A stretch of 64,000 bases of DNA from Octopus sinensis (taxonomy: Eukaryota), in the NCBI RefSeq assembly GCF_006345805.1, contig NC_043005.1, positions 48,484,001-48,548,000 on the forward strand, read 5' to 3'. A program made the translations under genes and the position numbers. Below, piece by piece: positions 40,516-53,384 of the stretch (its first letter is position 1; each line of letters starts with the position of its first letter). The notes beneath the pieces are model-generated. The model was not told where the DNA came from, searched no databases, and was given only the letters and a program-made list of their open reading frames with translations.

Positions 40516-40895
40516 GGCGGCGAGCTGGCAGAAACGTTATCACGCCGGGCGAAATGCTTAGCGGTATTTCGTCTGCCGTTATATTCTGAGTTCAAATTCC
40601 GCCGAGGTCGACTTTACCTTTCATCCTTTCGGAGTCGATTAAATAAGTACCAGTTACGCAATGGGGTCGATGTAATCGACTTAATCCGTTTGTCTGTCCT
40701 TGTTTGTCCTCTCTGTGTTTAGCCCCTTGTGAGGAGTAAAGAAATAGGTATTTCGTCTGCCGTTACGTTCCGAGTTCAAATTCGCCGAGGTCGACTTTGC
40801 TTTTCATTCTTTCGGGGTCGATAAATTAAGTACCAGTTGTGCACTGTGGCCACCTACGCCCAAAATTTCGGTCCTTGTACCTTAAGTAGAAAATA
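40515..40895 (+). mobile_element. Two tandem SINE A copies
   Basis: A little-diverged full copy followed by a headless copy. Confidence 0.93.
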
Positions 40896-41208
40896 ATATC
40901 TTATTTACTCTCGTTGTTGTCAATATTTTATTTGTTGTCATCGTTATCAATTTTCTAAATTGTTGACATTGTTCTCACAGCTATGATGACAACCATAGCA
41001 AAACGAATAATAGATATAATTACGATTACAACAACTCTAATTGTTTTAAACGTTGTATTTTCTCATCATATCATTGCTCTTTCCTTGCTATTCTTTATTA
41101 CCGTATTTTGTTATCGTCATTGACATCATCATCATCATCATCATCATGGTTGCTATTGTTACATATGTGTGTGTGTGTGTGTGTGTTTGTGCGTGTGAAT
41201 GTGTGTAT

Positions 41209-41505
41209 GGAGGCGCAATGGCCCAGTGGTTAGGGCAGCGGACTCGCGGTCGTAGGATCGCGGTTTCGATTCCCAGACCGGGCGTTGTGAGTGTTTATTG
41301 AGCGAAAACACCTAAAGCTCCACGAATCTCCGGCATGGGGGGGAGGTGATCCCTGTTGTACTTTTTCGCCACAACTTCTCTCACTCTTTCTTCTATTGGC
41401 CCGCTCGCTTAGCCAGCGGGGTGGCATCATTTGGAAGCTAAAACAGTGCAAAGGGCATTGCGACCAGCGATTTGTAGCAACATCTGATAGCCTGGTCGGT
41501 CACGG
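41209..41505 (+). mobile_element. SINE family C (alternative tail)
   Basis: Head GGAGGCGCAATGGCCCAGTGGTTAGGGCAGCGGACTCGCGGTCGTAGGATCGCGGTTTCGATTCCC with A and B boxes. Confidence 0.9.
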
Positions 41506-41930
41506 TGATATGTATATATATATATATATACTCTCGTTATTACTGCTTCATGCAACAGTTATATTTACCATTTCAAATCTCGACATGCTGCCATATGATA
41601 TACGAACAACTTTTTTCTTTCTTTTCTTTTTTGTTTTTAACTCTTACAAACTGTATAACTACAGTTAGTCCAGACATGGGCAAACTGCAGCTCGCGGAAC
41701 TTTCTAAATTTCACGAGGAAAACAGTGTTTTACAGTTGTGCAGCCTACCGTAAGCGATGCCTCAATCGACCCACTTCTCGGCAAAGGTTGCCCACGCCTG
41801 CAATAATATGTAACTAAAACAGATACATATTTTGTAAATTAATCTAAGCTTATTTACTACCTGCTTATATCGCATTCCCTAATTAATTTAATAAACTCCA
41901 ATTGAATTTTTTATTAAACGTATTTATTCT

Positions 41931-41998
41931 GTTTCGTATTAGCCATTCACACTTTTGAAAGTATAGACTTTCAAAAGTGTGAATGGCAAATACGAAAC
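41931..41998. repeat. Hairpin: 21-bp perfect arms, 4-nt loop, plus 10-bp extension
   Basis: GCCATTCACACTTTTGAAAGT-ATAG-ACTTTCAAAAGTGTGAATGGC, flanked by GTTTCGTATT / AATACGAAAC. Confidence 0.9.
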
Positions 41999-42544
41999 GT
42001 AAACATGTCGGCTTTTGTGGTTCAAACCCTATCAAGAATATACTGTAGCGTTTAATTTTTCCGTTATTGATAAAATATATACCAGTAATGTATCAGTGCT
42101 GATTTTATCCATTATATTCCTTCCTCATATATTTGTGAGTTTTGTATTAAAATTAAACCCATTTCTCTGTATATTTGTGTTTTTCTAGCAAGTTATTCCT
42201 CTTCTCTAAATAGATCCCTACTTTATATATTTGTAGTCATATATCAAAGTTATCTCCATTCTCGAAGATTCTGTGGGTTCCATCAGAGTTACACTTTTTC
42301 CCTTTCTAGTTGTGCTCAGGTTAGATATCTTTCCTTAGATACTTGTGATATTATCCCAAAAGCGGACATCGTCCCACTTGTCTTCGAGGACTTCTACATG
42401 ATCATCAAGAACACTGCCCTCCTTTTTACTAAACGATAAAAATAAAGCGTTAACTGTGAAAAGAAATCGAAGACACAGTCTAACTGTCGCATATCTCTCC
42501 TATTTCACTACTACATTGGTAAATCTTTAATAACTTTTAAGATT

Positions 42545-42735
42545 AAGGCAGCCGGCTGGCAGAATTGTTAGCGCATTAGACAAAATGCTTAGCAGCATTT
42601 CGGTCGTCTTTACGTTCTGAGTTCAAATTTCGCTGAGGTTGAAGTAGCCTTTCATATTCTCGGAGTTGATAAAATAAGCACCAATACCCTCCCACTCCAC
42701 GGAAACTGCTAGCCTTTTGCCAAAATTTGAAACTG
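42545..42735 (+). mobile_element. SINE A
   Basis: Family A consensus, decayed. Confidence 0.8.
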
Positions 42736-42821
42736 ATAATTCTTAAGACTCTGTATATACACCCTTATTTTCATATCAGGAAAAAGGGCATATGGCTGAA
42801 TTCCATCTCAAAATATCTATT

Positions 42822-42930
42822 ACTTTACTACCCACAAGGGGCTAAACACAGAGGGGACAAACAAGGATAGACAAACGGATTAAGTCGATTACATCGACCC
42901 CAGTGCGTAACTGGTATTAAATTTATCGCA
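42822..42930 (-). mobile_element. SINE A tail fragment
   Basis: Same tail as 1820-1930. Confidence 0.85.
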
Positions 42931-42959
42931 AAGAAGTCGCACGACTCTACCGCAACGTT

Positions 42960-44010
42960 TAATCGGATGAAAGGATGAGCATATATGAGCAGAAAACCAT
43001 GCATGGATATGTTTGTAGAAAGCTCCGTGATGATAGTAACATCGATCATCAAAGCAGTTTATCATGGACCAATAGCCGAATTACCATAACCCACCATGAA
43101 GGGCATACGTTTGCAATCCATGAACAGGAACTATCAACCAAATACCTGATGTTCAAAAGTGATAGAGATGCAGGAAAAGCAGTAAAAAGTACAAACAATG
43201 CAGACTTTGCGAAGTTAACACCGAAGGCATCACACATTGATAACAGTTGTCCGAAAACGTCATCACGGTTTTATCTACCGATGAGACATGATATTGTAGC
43301 TAGGATACTATAATGAAATCTGTCGAAAGGATAACTCCGACAAAGAAATAAGAACCTACTGTAGATAGAAACCATAGCCACTCATAATAAAAGGAGTATT
43401 GGTGGAATGTCTCAGTGAAAACCACACTAAAATGTAAGCACAACAGATCTGATATAATGATTTGGGATAGATAAAAGAAACTGTGTACATCTACCCAACA
43501 GATGTTAATATCCGCCCAGTGGATGTTAGCATAAACCTGAAGCTCAGAAAATTGAAAATACCGACGCTGAACTATTGAGCGTAGGTACTATACTTATAAT
43601 TATTGGGGTATTGGGATATGTAACACACTGCCTAAATACCAATCTTGAGAAATTAAGCTTCTGAAAACCAGAAAGGGGAAAGCTGATTCGAAGACTACAG
43701 TTCCAATCCATCACTAGAACTGTAAAAATCTGTAAAAACTTTCCAAAAGTTTATCATTTAAAAATATGTGAGCCTGATTAGATATGCAATTATATGCACG
43801 AGAATACATACATAAAAAAACATACAAATCTGCAGATATACATACATACAAACATACATACATACATACATGCATGCATATATACATACCCTGTTGTTGA
43901 TGTCGAAATTCCAATGAAGGAGCCTTGGATCTAGGTTAGAAACTGGTTCTTTCTCTATTGGCAAGAAATCTTGAAATAAAACTGAATAGTGATATACAAA
44001 CATGCATACC
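42960..44010 (+). pseudogene. R4/Dong-clade non-LTR retrotransposon 3' portion (zinc knuckle, REL endonuclease, 3' UTR)
   Basis: KTMHGY...SWT...HEGHTFAIHEQELSTKY; CRLCEVNTEGITHI..SCP (CCHC knuckle); RHDIVA; WWNVSVKT..KCKHNRSDIMIWD (RPD nuclease motif decayed); ends TVKICKTF; followed by (CATA)n tracts. Confidence 0.85.
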
Positions 44011-44034
44011 TACATATATACATACAACTTTTAT

Positions 44035-44345
44035 CTGTTACTTGTTTCAGTCATCAACCTGCAGCCATGCCGGGGCACCCTTTTGAAGGATCTTTAGTCG
44101 TATGAATACACCTCAGTACATATTTTTTAAAGCTTGATACTTATTCTATCAGCTTCTTACCACCGGCTACAACTGTATTTATGAAGTATGTTTAGTGCGT
44201 ACTGCTAAGTTACGGGGACGTAAACACATCAACACCGATTGACAAGCGGTGGTGGAGATCAAACACAGACACAATGACACACAAACATATGATATACATA
44301 TATACACACGCACGCACACACACACACACACATACACACACACAT
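44035..44345 (-). mobile_element. SINE B 3' half, continuing into a foldback duplication
   Basis: Family B tail in reverse orientation. Confidence 0.8.
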
Positions 44346-44472
44346 ATATATATGTATGTGTGTGTATGTGTGTGTATGTGTGTGTGTGTGTGTGCGTGCG
44401 TGTGTATATATATATATCATTATGTTTGTGTGTCATTGTGTCTGTGTTTGATCTCCACCACCGCTTGTCAAT
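44238..44472. repeat. ~235-bp snap-back palindrome
   Basis: ATTGACAAGCGGTGGTGGAGATCAAACACAGACACAATGACACACAAACATA is mirrored at 44421-44472, and the inner microsatellites are mirrored too. Confidence 0.92.
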
Positions 44473-44479
44473 ATATATA

Positions 44480-44580
<101 letters not shown>

Positions 44581-44599
44581 TGTTATGTATGTATGTATA

Positions 44600-45082
44600 T
44601 TGTTGTGACCCCCTTCGGTCATGAATGACCATGGGATTGCACCTAGAAAGTTACCCTCCGAGGCACAAGTCTAGGCAAGGTTGTTTATAGAAGACCAGCT
44701 GTCGCCCATGCATACTGGTCAGCCCTCTCCACGCCACCGATGTAATCCAAGGCCGATACAGCTTGGCACCAGTGACGTCGCATCTCATTTATTAACGTGC
44801 AAGTGGTTGAGCACTCCACAGACACGTGTACCCTTAACGTTGTTCTCGGGGAGATTCAGCGTGAAATAGAGTGTGACAAGGCTTGCTCTTTGAAATACAG
44901 GTACAACAGAAACAGGAAGAAAGAGTGAGAGAAAGTTGTGGTGAAAGAGTAGAGTAGGGTTCACTACCACCCCTTGCCGGAGCCTCGTGGATCTTTAGGT
45001 GTTTTCACTCAATAAACACAATGCTCGGTCTGGGAATCGAAACCGCGATCCGACGACCGCGAGTCCGCAGCCCTAACCACTG
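44600..45082 (-). mobile_element. SINE family C with a swapped 3' segment
   Basis: Follows the family C body to TTGCACGTTAAT, then an unrelated ~190-bp segment. Confidence 0.8.
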
Positions 45083-45099
45083 TGTATATATATATATAC

Positions 45100-45270
45100 A
45101 TACGCACACATGACGAGCTCCTTTTAGTTTCCGTCAATCAAGTCCACCCGCAAGGCTTTGGTCGCCTCGAGGTGTAGTATAAGACACTTATCCAAAGTGC
45201 CACACACCTGGACTGAACCCAGGACAGTATGATTGGGAAGTGAACTTCTTATTACACACCTATGTCATAC
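45100..45270 (-). mobile_element. SINE B 5' half
   Basis: Reverse complement of the head (AGACACTT..CCAA.GTGCCAC). Confidence 0.75.
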
Positions 45271-45807
45271 ACACACAGTGAGTAGATGAAAGCAAAGTAA
45301 GTTTAGTATTAAAAAAAAAAAACAGATTAATACTGAAAGGGATGAGAAATTTAACTCCAGCCTGTTCATCTAGGGCTGGTGCTTCTGCGCCGGAAGTTAG
45401 CTATAAAAGCAGTCCTTATTGAACTGTTGTGGAGACAGAAAGACAAAAATACCAGTTGGTTTGTGATGTATGTTACATGGAGTTCAGAATACAGATAACA
45501 GAATAGAGTAATAAAGAAAACAGAACAGAAGGATTGTGTAAAGAATTTATAAAGAATTTACAAAGATTTCACATATATTTCTGTCCTGTATTTTGTACTT
45601 CAGTCTCTCCATGTGTATGTCTGTCTGTATGTATGTATGTAAGAATGAATGAATGAATACTCGTACGTACATATGTATCTATATATGTATGGATGGATGT
45701 ATTATGAATGTATGCATGAACGAATGTAGATAGATTGAGAGAGAGAAAGAGAGAGAGAGAGAGAGAAAGAGAGTGAGAGAAAGAGAGCGTGGGAGAGAGA
45801 GAGATGT

Positions 45808-45930
45808 AAGCGTGGCTGTCTGGTAAGAAGTTTGCTTTCCGCCACATGCTCTCGCGTTCAGTTCGGAAACCGTTTCCAAGGCTCTGTTCGATGGAAACTG
45901 AAAGAAGCTTGTTGTAACTATATACATATC

Positions 45931-45978
<48 letters not shown>

Positions 45979-46190
45979 ACTCACATACATACATACATGT
46001 GCGTGTGCGTGTACGTTGTTAACTGGTGTTGTTGTGTTTACGTCCCAGCAACTCGGTGGTTTGGCAAAAACGACCGATAGAATAAACAAAATGATTAAAA
46101 TGCCGGTGTCTACTCATTCGACTAAAATATTTTAAGCGGTGCTCCAGCATGGGTGCAGTGTAAAGACAGAAACAAGCAAAAGATAAAAGA
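45808..46190 (+). mobile_element. SINE family B
   Basis: Head GCGTGGCTGTCTGGTAAGAAG, internal (TA)n, tail. Confidence 0.85.
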
Positions 46191-46378
46191 TATCAAAATA
46201 TCTAAATGAAAAAATTTTATAAAAACAAACCTACAAACATAGATTTATTGCAAAAATTACATAAAATGTACGTAAAAATTGCTGTAAGTTAACTTAATAA
46301 AAAAAATGCTGCATATTTGGCAACCGAGTAATGCCGGGTACCCTTGCTGGTTTTGTTATATTATATTATACCCGCATA

Positions 46379-47997
46379 CACTGGCGAAAATAAATTTTAG
46401 ACCGATGATAACAGTTCTATTTCTTACAAAATATTTTGTTACTAACACCATACAAATTATTTCTATCTTTTACACCTTATGCAGAATTTATTTCTCTTTC
46501 GAATGATGCAGACAATAACTATTTTTATACAACTTGAAGAATTCTGATGCTAAATTAATATAAACGTTTCAAATTTACCGGCAAAATTATTTTAAGACCA
46601 TGTAATATGTATGCAAATTTTTTGCCAAAATGGGTGGTCACACAACTAGCCTAACTGCACTATATAGTGTTATAATTTAACGTTATTAATAATAGGAAAA
46701 TAACGTAGCCTCAGTCCAGTCACGAGAGCAAAAATCGTATTACTCCACCAGCAAAAAGTTTCCTTTTCGAAAATCTGCAAGCAACTAAAGTGCAGTAAAA
46801 TGGCTTGCGTGCAAGCGTGGAAGTTATACTCGGAGACTGGTCAATATAAAGATCGGCAAAGGACTGGCGCCCCAAGAAAAACGATGGCGCAGTTGGACCG
46901 TCGAATCCTCCGACTTTCGGAAGGCAACCGAATGCTGATAGCCGTTGACATTTGTAAACAATTGTCCAACGAGAATGGTGTTATTTTTACATCACAAACT
47001 GTCCGCAACCGTTTGGGAGTATTTGGACTACATGGACGAATCGCTAGGGAAAAGCCAATAATATCCGAAAGAAATCTACTCAAACGCCTTAATTTCGCAA
47101 AAAGCCATGTTCAATGGGCTGCCGAAGATTGGTGCAGGGTCCTTTGGAGTGAAGAGTCACGCTTATGTGTATTTGGATTAGATTGTAAAACATACGTCAG
47201 ACGTCACCCAGCCGAGGAATTCCATCCGAAATGCGTGAAAAAGACGGTGCAAGCGGGGGTGGGGTGTGATAGTATGGACAGCAATTAGTAGCTTTGGTGT
47301 TGGCCCTCTAGTTAAAGTTGATGGAAAACTAAATAATATAGGTTATATGAATTTACTAAAGGATAATGTTGTGCCATATTTGACTCACCAAATGCCTCCG
47401 GGGGTTATTTATCAGCAGGACAATAGTCCTGTGCACAAAGCCAAAAAGGTTATGGAATTTTTTGATCACCATAACATTGACGTAATCGAGTGGCCTCCTC
47501 AGAGCCCGGACCTGAATCCGATCGAGAACTTGTGGAATTATCTTTCCAAAAAAGTCCATGCTAAAAAAGCCATCTAATCTAAAACAATTATTCGATTGTA
47601 TCAATGAAATGTGGCAAAACAATCCCATAGAATTTTGTAATCACTTAGCGAATTCAATGTCGATGCGTCGTTCTGCCGTTATTAAGAATAAAGGCTACGG
47701 CACAAAGTACTATGTATTTCGTTCTTGTTGCTCGTCTTGCTACAATCTTAAGCTTTAAATAAAATTATAATGATACGGTCTTAAACTAATTTTGCCGGTA
47801 AATTTGAAACGGTTATATTAATTTAGCATTAGAATTCTTCAAGTTGTATAAAAATAGTTATTGTCTGCATCATTCGAAAGAAAAATAAATTCTGCATAAG
47901 GTGTAAACGATAAAAATAATATGTACGGTGTTAGTAACAAAATATTTTGTAAGAAATAGAACTTTTATCATCGGTCTTAAATTCATTTTCGCCAGTG
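46379..47997 (+). mobile_element. Full-length Tc1-family transposon (1619 bp), IR/DR type
   Basis: ~221-bp TIRs (46379-46599 and 47777-47997) beginning CACTGGCGAAAA and ending TTTTCGCCAGTG; TA on both sides. Confidence 0.97.
46692..47715 (+). pseudogene. Tc1 DD34E transposase, inactivated
   Basis: HTH with GAPRKT, then WSEES, QQDNSPVH and PQSPDLNPIENLW (34 residues between D and E). Start codon is ATA, there is an early TAA and two frameshifts, and the first catalytic D reads E. Confidence 0.95.
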
Positions 47998-48014
47998 TAT
48001 ACTATTACAGTCTT

Positions 48015-48480
48015 ATCATTACAGTTCATTCAAATACCGCCAAGGTCGACTTTGCCTTTCATCCTTTCAGGGTCGATAAATTAAGTACCAGTTGCGTACT
48101 GGGGTCGATCTAATCGACTGGCCCCTCCCCAAAAGTTTCGGGCCCTGTGCCTGGAGTAGAAAAGATTATTACAGCCCATTAAGGCGGTGAGCTGGCAGAA
48201 TCGTTAGCATGCCGGGCGAAATGCTTAGCGATATTTCGTCTGCCGCTGCGTTCTGAGTTCAAATTCCGCCGAGGTCGACTTTGCCTTTCATCCTTTCGGG
48301 ATCGATAAATCAAGTACCAGTTGCGTACTGGGGTCGACGTAATCCCCAAATATGAGGACTTATGCTTCCAGTAGAAACGATTATTACGATAAATTAAGTA
48401 CCAGTTGAGTTCTGGGTCGATCTAATCGACTAGTTCCCTCCCCCAAATTTTCAGGTCTTGCGCTTTAACTAGAAAGGATA
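48015..48480 (+). mobile_element. Cluster of 3 SINE A copies
   Basis: Family A consensus, full head at ~48182. Confidence 0.92.
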
Positions 48481-48886
48481 ATTACAGCCCAACACAGCGA
48501 AAAACTGATGCACCCTTCTACGACTATCAAGTACCAATCCAACAAACACCTACAAAAATACATTTGATATTAACAGTAAATACATTGTACAGTAATTTAT
48601 AAATCCTACGGTAATTAACCCATAGCTACTTGTTAGTGATATTCTATTTATTCATCTACCACTTGAAGATTATATATATATATATATATACGCGCGGACG
48701 CACACTCACACACACACACACACACACACACATCGTTTACATACATTCGAGAGAGCGTAAAATAAATCTATTTTACTAAACCGTGTATCTCGAACCTCGG
48801 ACCACATAAACCTATAAATGATAGCATGTGAATATTGGGTAGAAAAATACGTTTGGGTATATGTAGATAAATAATAAGTATATATT

Positions 48887-48947
<61 letters not shown>

Positions 48948-49488
48948 ATGTATGTATGTATGTATGTATGTATGTATGTATGTATGTATATTTATATATG
49001 TATGTATGTATGTGTGTATATATATTTATATATGTATGTATGTGTATATATTTATGTATATATATATATTTATATATGTATGTATGTATGTATGTATGTG
49101 TATATATATATATATGTGTGTGTGTGCATGTATATATATGTATGTATATATAATGCTTGATACATCACAATACTTAGAAAGATCTTTTCAAAAGTTATAA
49201 AATCTATTTGAAAACTCTTTCCTTGTGTGTATAAACGAGTATATACGTATAAACGCACACAGACACACACACACACACATACACATATACACGCACATAT
49301 GCACACACATACATATATGTACAAATACCTGCATGTATTTATTATATATATATATACGTGTGCATATGTTTGTGTGCATGTATGTGTGCGTATAGTGTAG
49401 GACCATGCCACTATATTAAACCCAGAGATATGACCTATAGTATTTATCTGACTATCTATCTATCTATCTATATATATATGTATATATA

Positions 49489-49540
<52 letters not shown>

Positions 49541-49659
49541 GACAGTATAGTTACGATAATCTATAGATTATCTTGGTAGATATAGTTACTATGATTATTC
49601 AATCTCGTACTAATTCACCACAACGAAACTACGACTTCAGTTCGAGAACGTTGTCCTTA

Positions 49660-49686
49660 CTGCTACTGCTGCTGCTGCCACTACTG

Positions 49687-49728
<42 letters not shown>

Positions 49729-50213
49729 ATGCTAGTAAAGCTACTACCACTCTGGTCCATCACTAAAAATATGTACGCTGCTGATTATACTGCGACGCCC
49801 CCCACCTACCCATCCACCCATCCCAAGAACTACTACTACCATCGCTACAGCAGTTACCACACCACCCCAATCAGAAGCACACGAACACCTCTACAAAAAC
49901 TACTACTACTATTTACTACTGCTTCTACTGCAACTATTACTATCACTACTACTCCAATCACTTGTACTACTCCTGCTGCTACTACTACAACTACCACTTC
50001 TACCATCACCATTACTACTACTACCAACACCACAACCATACTACAACTGCTGCTGCTACTACAATTACTACTTCAAGTACTATCTACTACTATGATTACT
50101 TGTACTACATCTACTACTACCACTACCACCACCACCACCACTGGAACTACAATTACTATTTCAACTCCTGTTATTACTATTACTTCTCGTACTACAGCAT
50201 CTACTACTACTGC

Positions 50214-50249
<36 letters not shown>

Positions 50250-50990
50250 CACTACTACTGCTGCTGCTTTAATCCACCACTCTGTATACAATAGTGATTA
50301 AAATTCCATAACTTACACTACTACCGCCACCATTAACTTCACTACTGCTACTACTAGGACCAACAACTGCTATTGCTACTACTACTACTACTACTACTAC
50401 TAATACTACTAAGACTACTACTACTAATTCAATAGGGATTATAATGCCACGACCCCAAACCAACATAACTTCTCCCAACACCACCACCGGCTCACCAATG
50501 ACCACTACTACTACTACTACTACTACTACAATAATCCAACACTAAACCTACCATAGTGATTATAATGCCAAGAACGCAACCAACAATACCCACCACCCTC
50601 ACCCTCACCAGCACCAACAGCACCACCAGCACCTCCATCATGACCAATGTTACTAGTACTCCTACCAACACCCCGGCCGTCACTACTAACACGGACAACA
50701 CTACTGCCTTCTCCGACCCTCCCCCTCCTCCCACCCCACCCCCACATTACCACTGCTGACCTGGCATGCGGCTAGCTATGTTTCATAACTGAGCTATATC
50801 ACTAATGGCGACATTGGTGTGTAATTCACCTGTCTTCCATCTTCCATCTTCTTTCACTAGTCTAGCATGCTACTGCTGTTGTTACCGCTGCTGCTGATGA
50901 TGGTAGAACTAGTGCTGGTGTTGGGTATGGTGGTGTTAGTGTTGCTGTTGTTGTTGTTGTTGTTGTTGCTGCTACTCTGTGACTAACCAG
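49660..50990. repeat. Degenerate (ACT/ACC/GCT)n trinucleotide tract
   Basis: Direct reading; orientation flips to (GTT/GGT) after ~50860. Confidence 0.9.
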
Positions 50991-51122
50991 AGGGACATGC
51001 TGTCACACATATATGTACACATTGGTAACATGCTAGCATTTCAATGATGTATAATATTGCCGGTGAATTTCTTCACAGTAGTTTGGTTCTATATATTATA
51101 GGTAAGATAGATAGATGGACAG

Positions 51123-51165
<43 letters not shown>

Positions 51166-51586
51166 AAGATAGACAGACATATATGTAGAGGGGTAGGTAG
51201 ATTGATACATACATACATACATACATACATACAGATACCGGTGAATCTATCTTTCAATGCATACTTAGATATATTCAAGAAATGTGTTTTTGTGTATGTG
51301 AGTATGTGCGTGTGTATTAATCGAAGTCCAACTCGGTCCGATTTTCACATTCTCTTTTTGCATTTTTACAATATTGCATATTACGATTCTCAATTATAAT
51401 ACGTAATATTATCATGCTGGAATTTGATTAGCTAACAATACGTACATCTTTACACAGTTTTACACAATTTATATATATATATATCTTTTATACATGTATA
51501 TATACATATGTAGTTATATATGTGTACGTACACACGAATACACACACACGCATATATATATATATATATTATATATTATATATATA

Positions 51587-51637
<51 letters not shown>

Positions 51638-51642
51638 TATAT

Positions 51643-51729
51643 AACGATTTAGGAGTGACCCCAACAGGTCACTCGTCGGCTGCTCTTTCTGGTGGACGAG
51701 TGACCTGTTGGGGTCACTCCTAAATCGTT
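51643..51729. repeat. Perfect 35-bp inverted repeat with 17-nt spacer
   Basis: AACGATTTAGGAGTGACCCCAACAGGTCACTCGTC and its exact reverse complement at 51695-51729. Confidence 0.97.
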
Positions 51730-52189
51730 TATTATATATTTAGTCGATGACTATTTTCTCTTTTTCACCAGGCCGCTGGTTGCGATAAATTTCTATTGAA
51801 TTTTTCTGCTACCCTAAATTGACTATATATATATATATATACTTATACGCACCTTGTTATATTCTTTTATTCCTTTACCAGTTTCACTCGTTTGGCTGCG
51901 GCCATGCTGGAGCACCGCCTTAAAGGGATTTTTAGTCGAAGAAATCGACTCCAGGACTTAATCTTTGTAAGCCTAGTGCTTATTCTATCAGTTTTTTTGC
52001 CGAACCGCTAAGTTGCAGGGCCGTAAACACACCAACAACAATTGTCAAGCGATGGTGGAGAGACAAAGACACACACACAAATTAATAAACATATATATAT
52101 ATATATGCATATATACATACGTATATGAACATACTTACATCTATACGTATATATATGTATATATATAAGTATATATATATATATATGCA

Positions 52190-52570
52190 TATGTGGGAAA
52201 GTCACGAAACGTGCACATCAAAAAATACGAAGTACGAGTACATGGAATATGAACTATTTTTTCGAACAACGAAAGCCACAAAGGGAAAAAAAGACAAACA
52301 GCCTAATAATGACCCTTCATCAGTTGTTGGCTGTTTTTCTACTTTCACATTTCGAGCATTTAACAACAAAATATGCTTTCGAGAAAATAGTTGGTCCCGC
52401 TAAACAAATTAAATAAAATTTGGTGTTTTGCGAAGGGTCAAAATTGGTAGCACAAACAGAACAATGAAAACAAACAGGAAGGGCTGCTAAGCCTAAACGA
52501 GGTTGTAGTGGCGAACGTTTAAATCAAGCTTGGACAGGAAACACACAAGAACACCTCTTCCAGCACCGGT
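52190..52570 (-). mobile_element. Penelope-like terminal-repeat family (homologue of 62630-63655)
   Basis: Minus strand CCTCGTTTAGGCTTAGCAGCCC...CCAAATTTTATTTAATTTG...CAACTGATGAAGGG...TTTCGTTGTTCGAAAAAA. Confidence 0.55.
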
Positions 52571-52584
52571 ACGCTATATGTATA

Positions 52585-52914
52585 TCTACTAAATAAAATC
52601 CATTCTGTCTGTGTGTGTGTGTGTCTTCTAGGATCTCGGGCATCCTCCATCAGATTGCGCTCAAATTTGATATGTAGATACCAACGGTATTAGGGCGTGT
52701 ATAAGTCTTGAAAAAATTACAAAAATCGATTCCAGGGGAATCGATAAAGTGAATAAAATCGTTTTTCTTTGGAATAGAAAAAAGTCTATCTTTATTTCTT
52801 CTTTTGCTGGTATCTCAAATTTAGGTTAAATCATTGTTTCTCGACAAGTTGTTTTGAGAAAAGTTGGTTTAAATGTTTGACAACTCAGCACCGTCCATTG
52901 GACGGGGGTGTTTT

Positions 52915-52918
<4 letters not shown>
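52585..52918 (+). mobile_element. Short non-autonomous Helitron
   Basis: A|TCTACTAAATAAAATCCATTCTGTCTGTGTG 5' end; CCGTCC-ATT-GGACGG hairpin at 52891-52905 followed by a decayed terminus. Confidence 0.65.
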
Positions 52919-52965
<47 letters not shown>

Positions 52966-53039
52966 CGACGAGCTTGTTTTGTGTTTCCGTCGACCAAATC
53001 GATACACAAGGCTTTAGTCGACCCCATACAGCCACGCCA

Positions 53040-53255
53040 TGTTTCAGTCATTAGATTGCGAACACGAAGAATTTTTAGTCAAATGATTCGACTCCAGGAG
53101 TTAATTTTTTGAAACCTTCTACTTATTCCATCGGTCTTTTACTGAACTTCTAGTTTATGGGGCCAATATACACTAACATTAGTTGTCAAGCAATGGTGAA
53201 GGACAAAGACAAATACACACACGAACACACACATACATACATATATACATATATA

Positions 53256-53305
<50 letters not shown>

Positions 53306-53316
53306 TATATATATAT

Positions 53317-53384
<68 letters not shown>

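Larger units (their letters stand above)
51860..53040 (-). mobile_element. SINE B split by nested insertions (tail 51860-52085, head remnant 52965-53040)
   Basis: Both halves are in the same orientation and are separated by (TA)n containing two other elements. Confidence 0.7.

Noticed and set aside
41209-41280. tRNA-like sequence (also 55089-55160)
   Set aside because: It has A and B boxes but no properly paired acceptor stem and continues into a repeated SINE body, so it is a SINE head rather than a tRNA gene.
50715-50746. G-quadruplex-capable run on the minus strand
   Set aside because: Part of the low-complexity tract; nothing suggests function.
49573-50759. Thr-rich mucin-like ORFs
   Set aside because: Degenerate ACT/ACC repeat with frequent frame changes and poly-Leu/poly-Tyr readings; no signal peptide, splice structure or domain. 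Treated as simple repeat, though expression data could overturn this.
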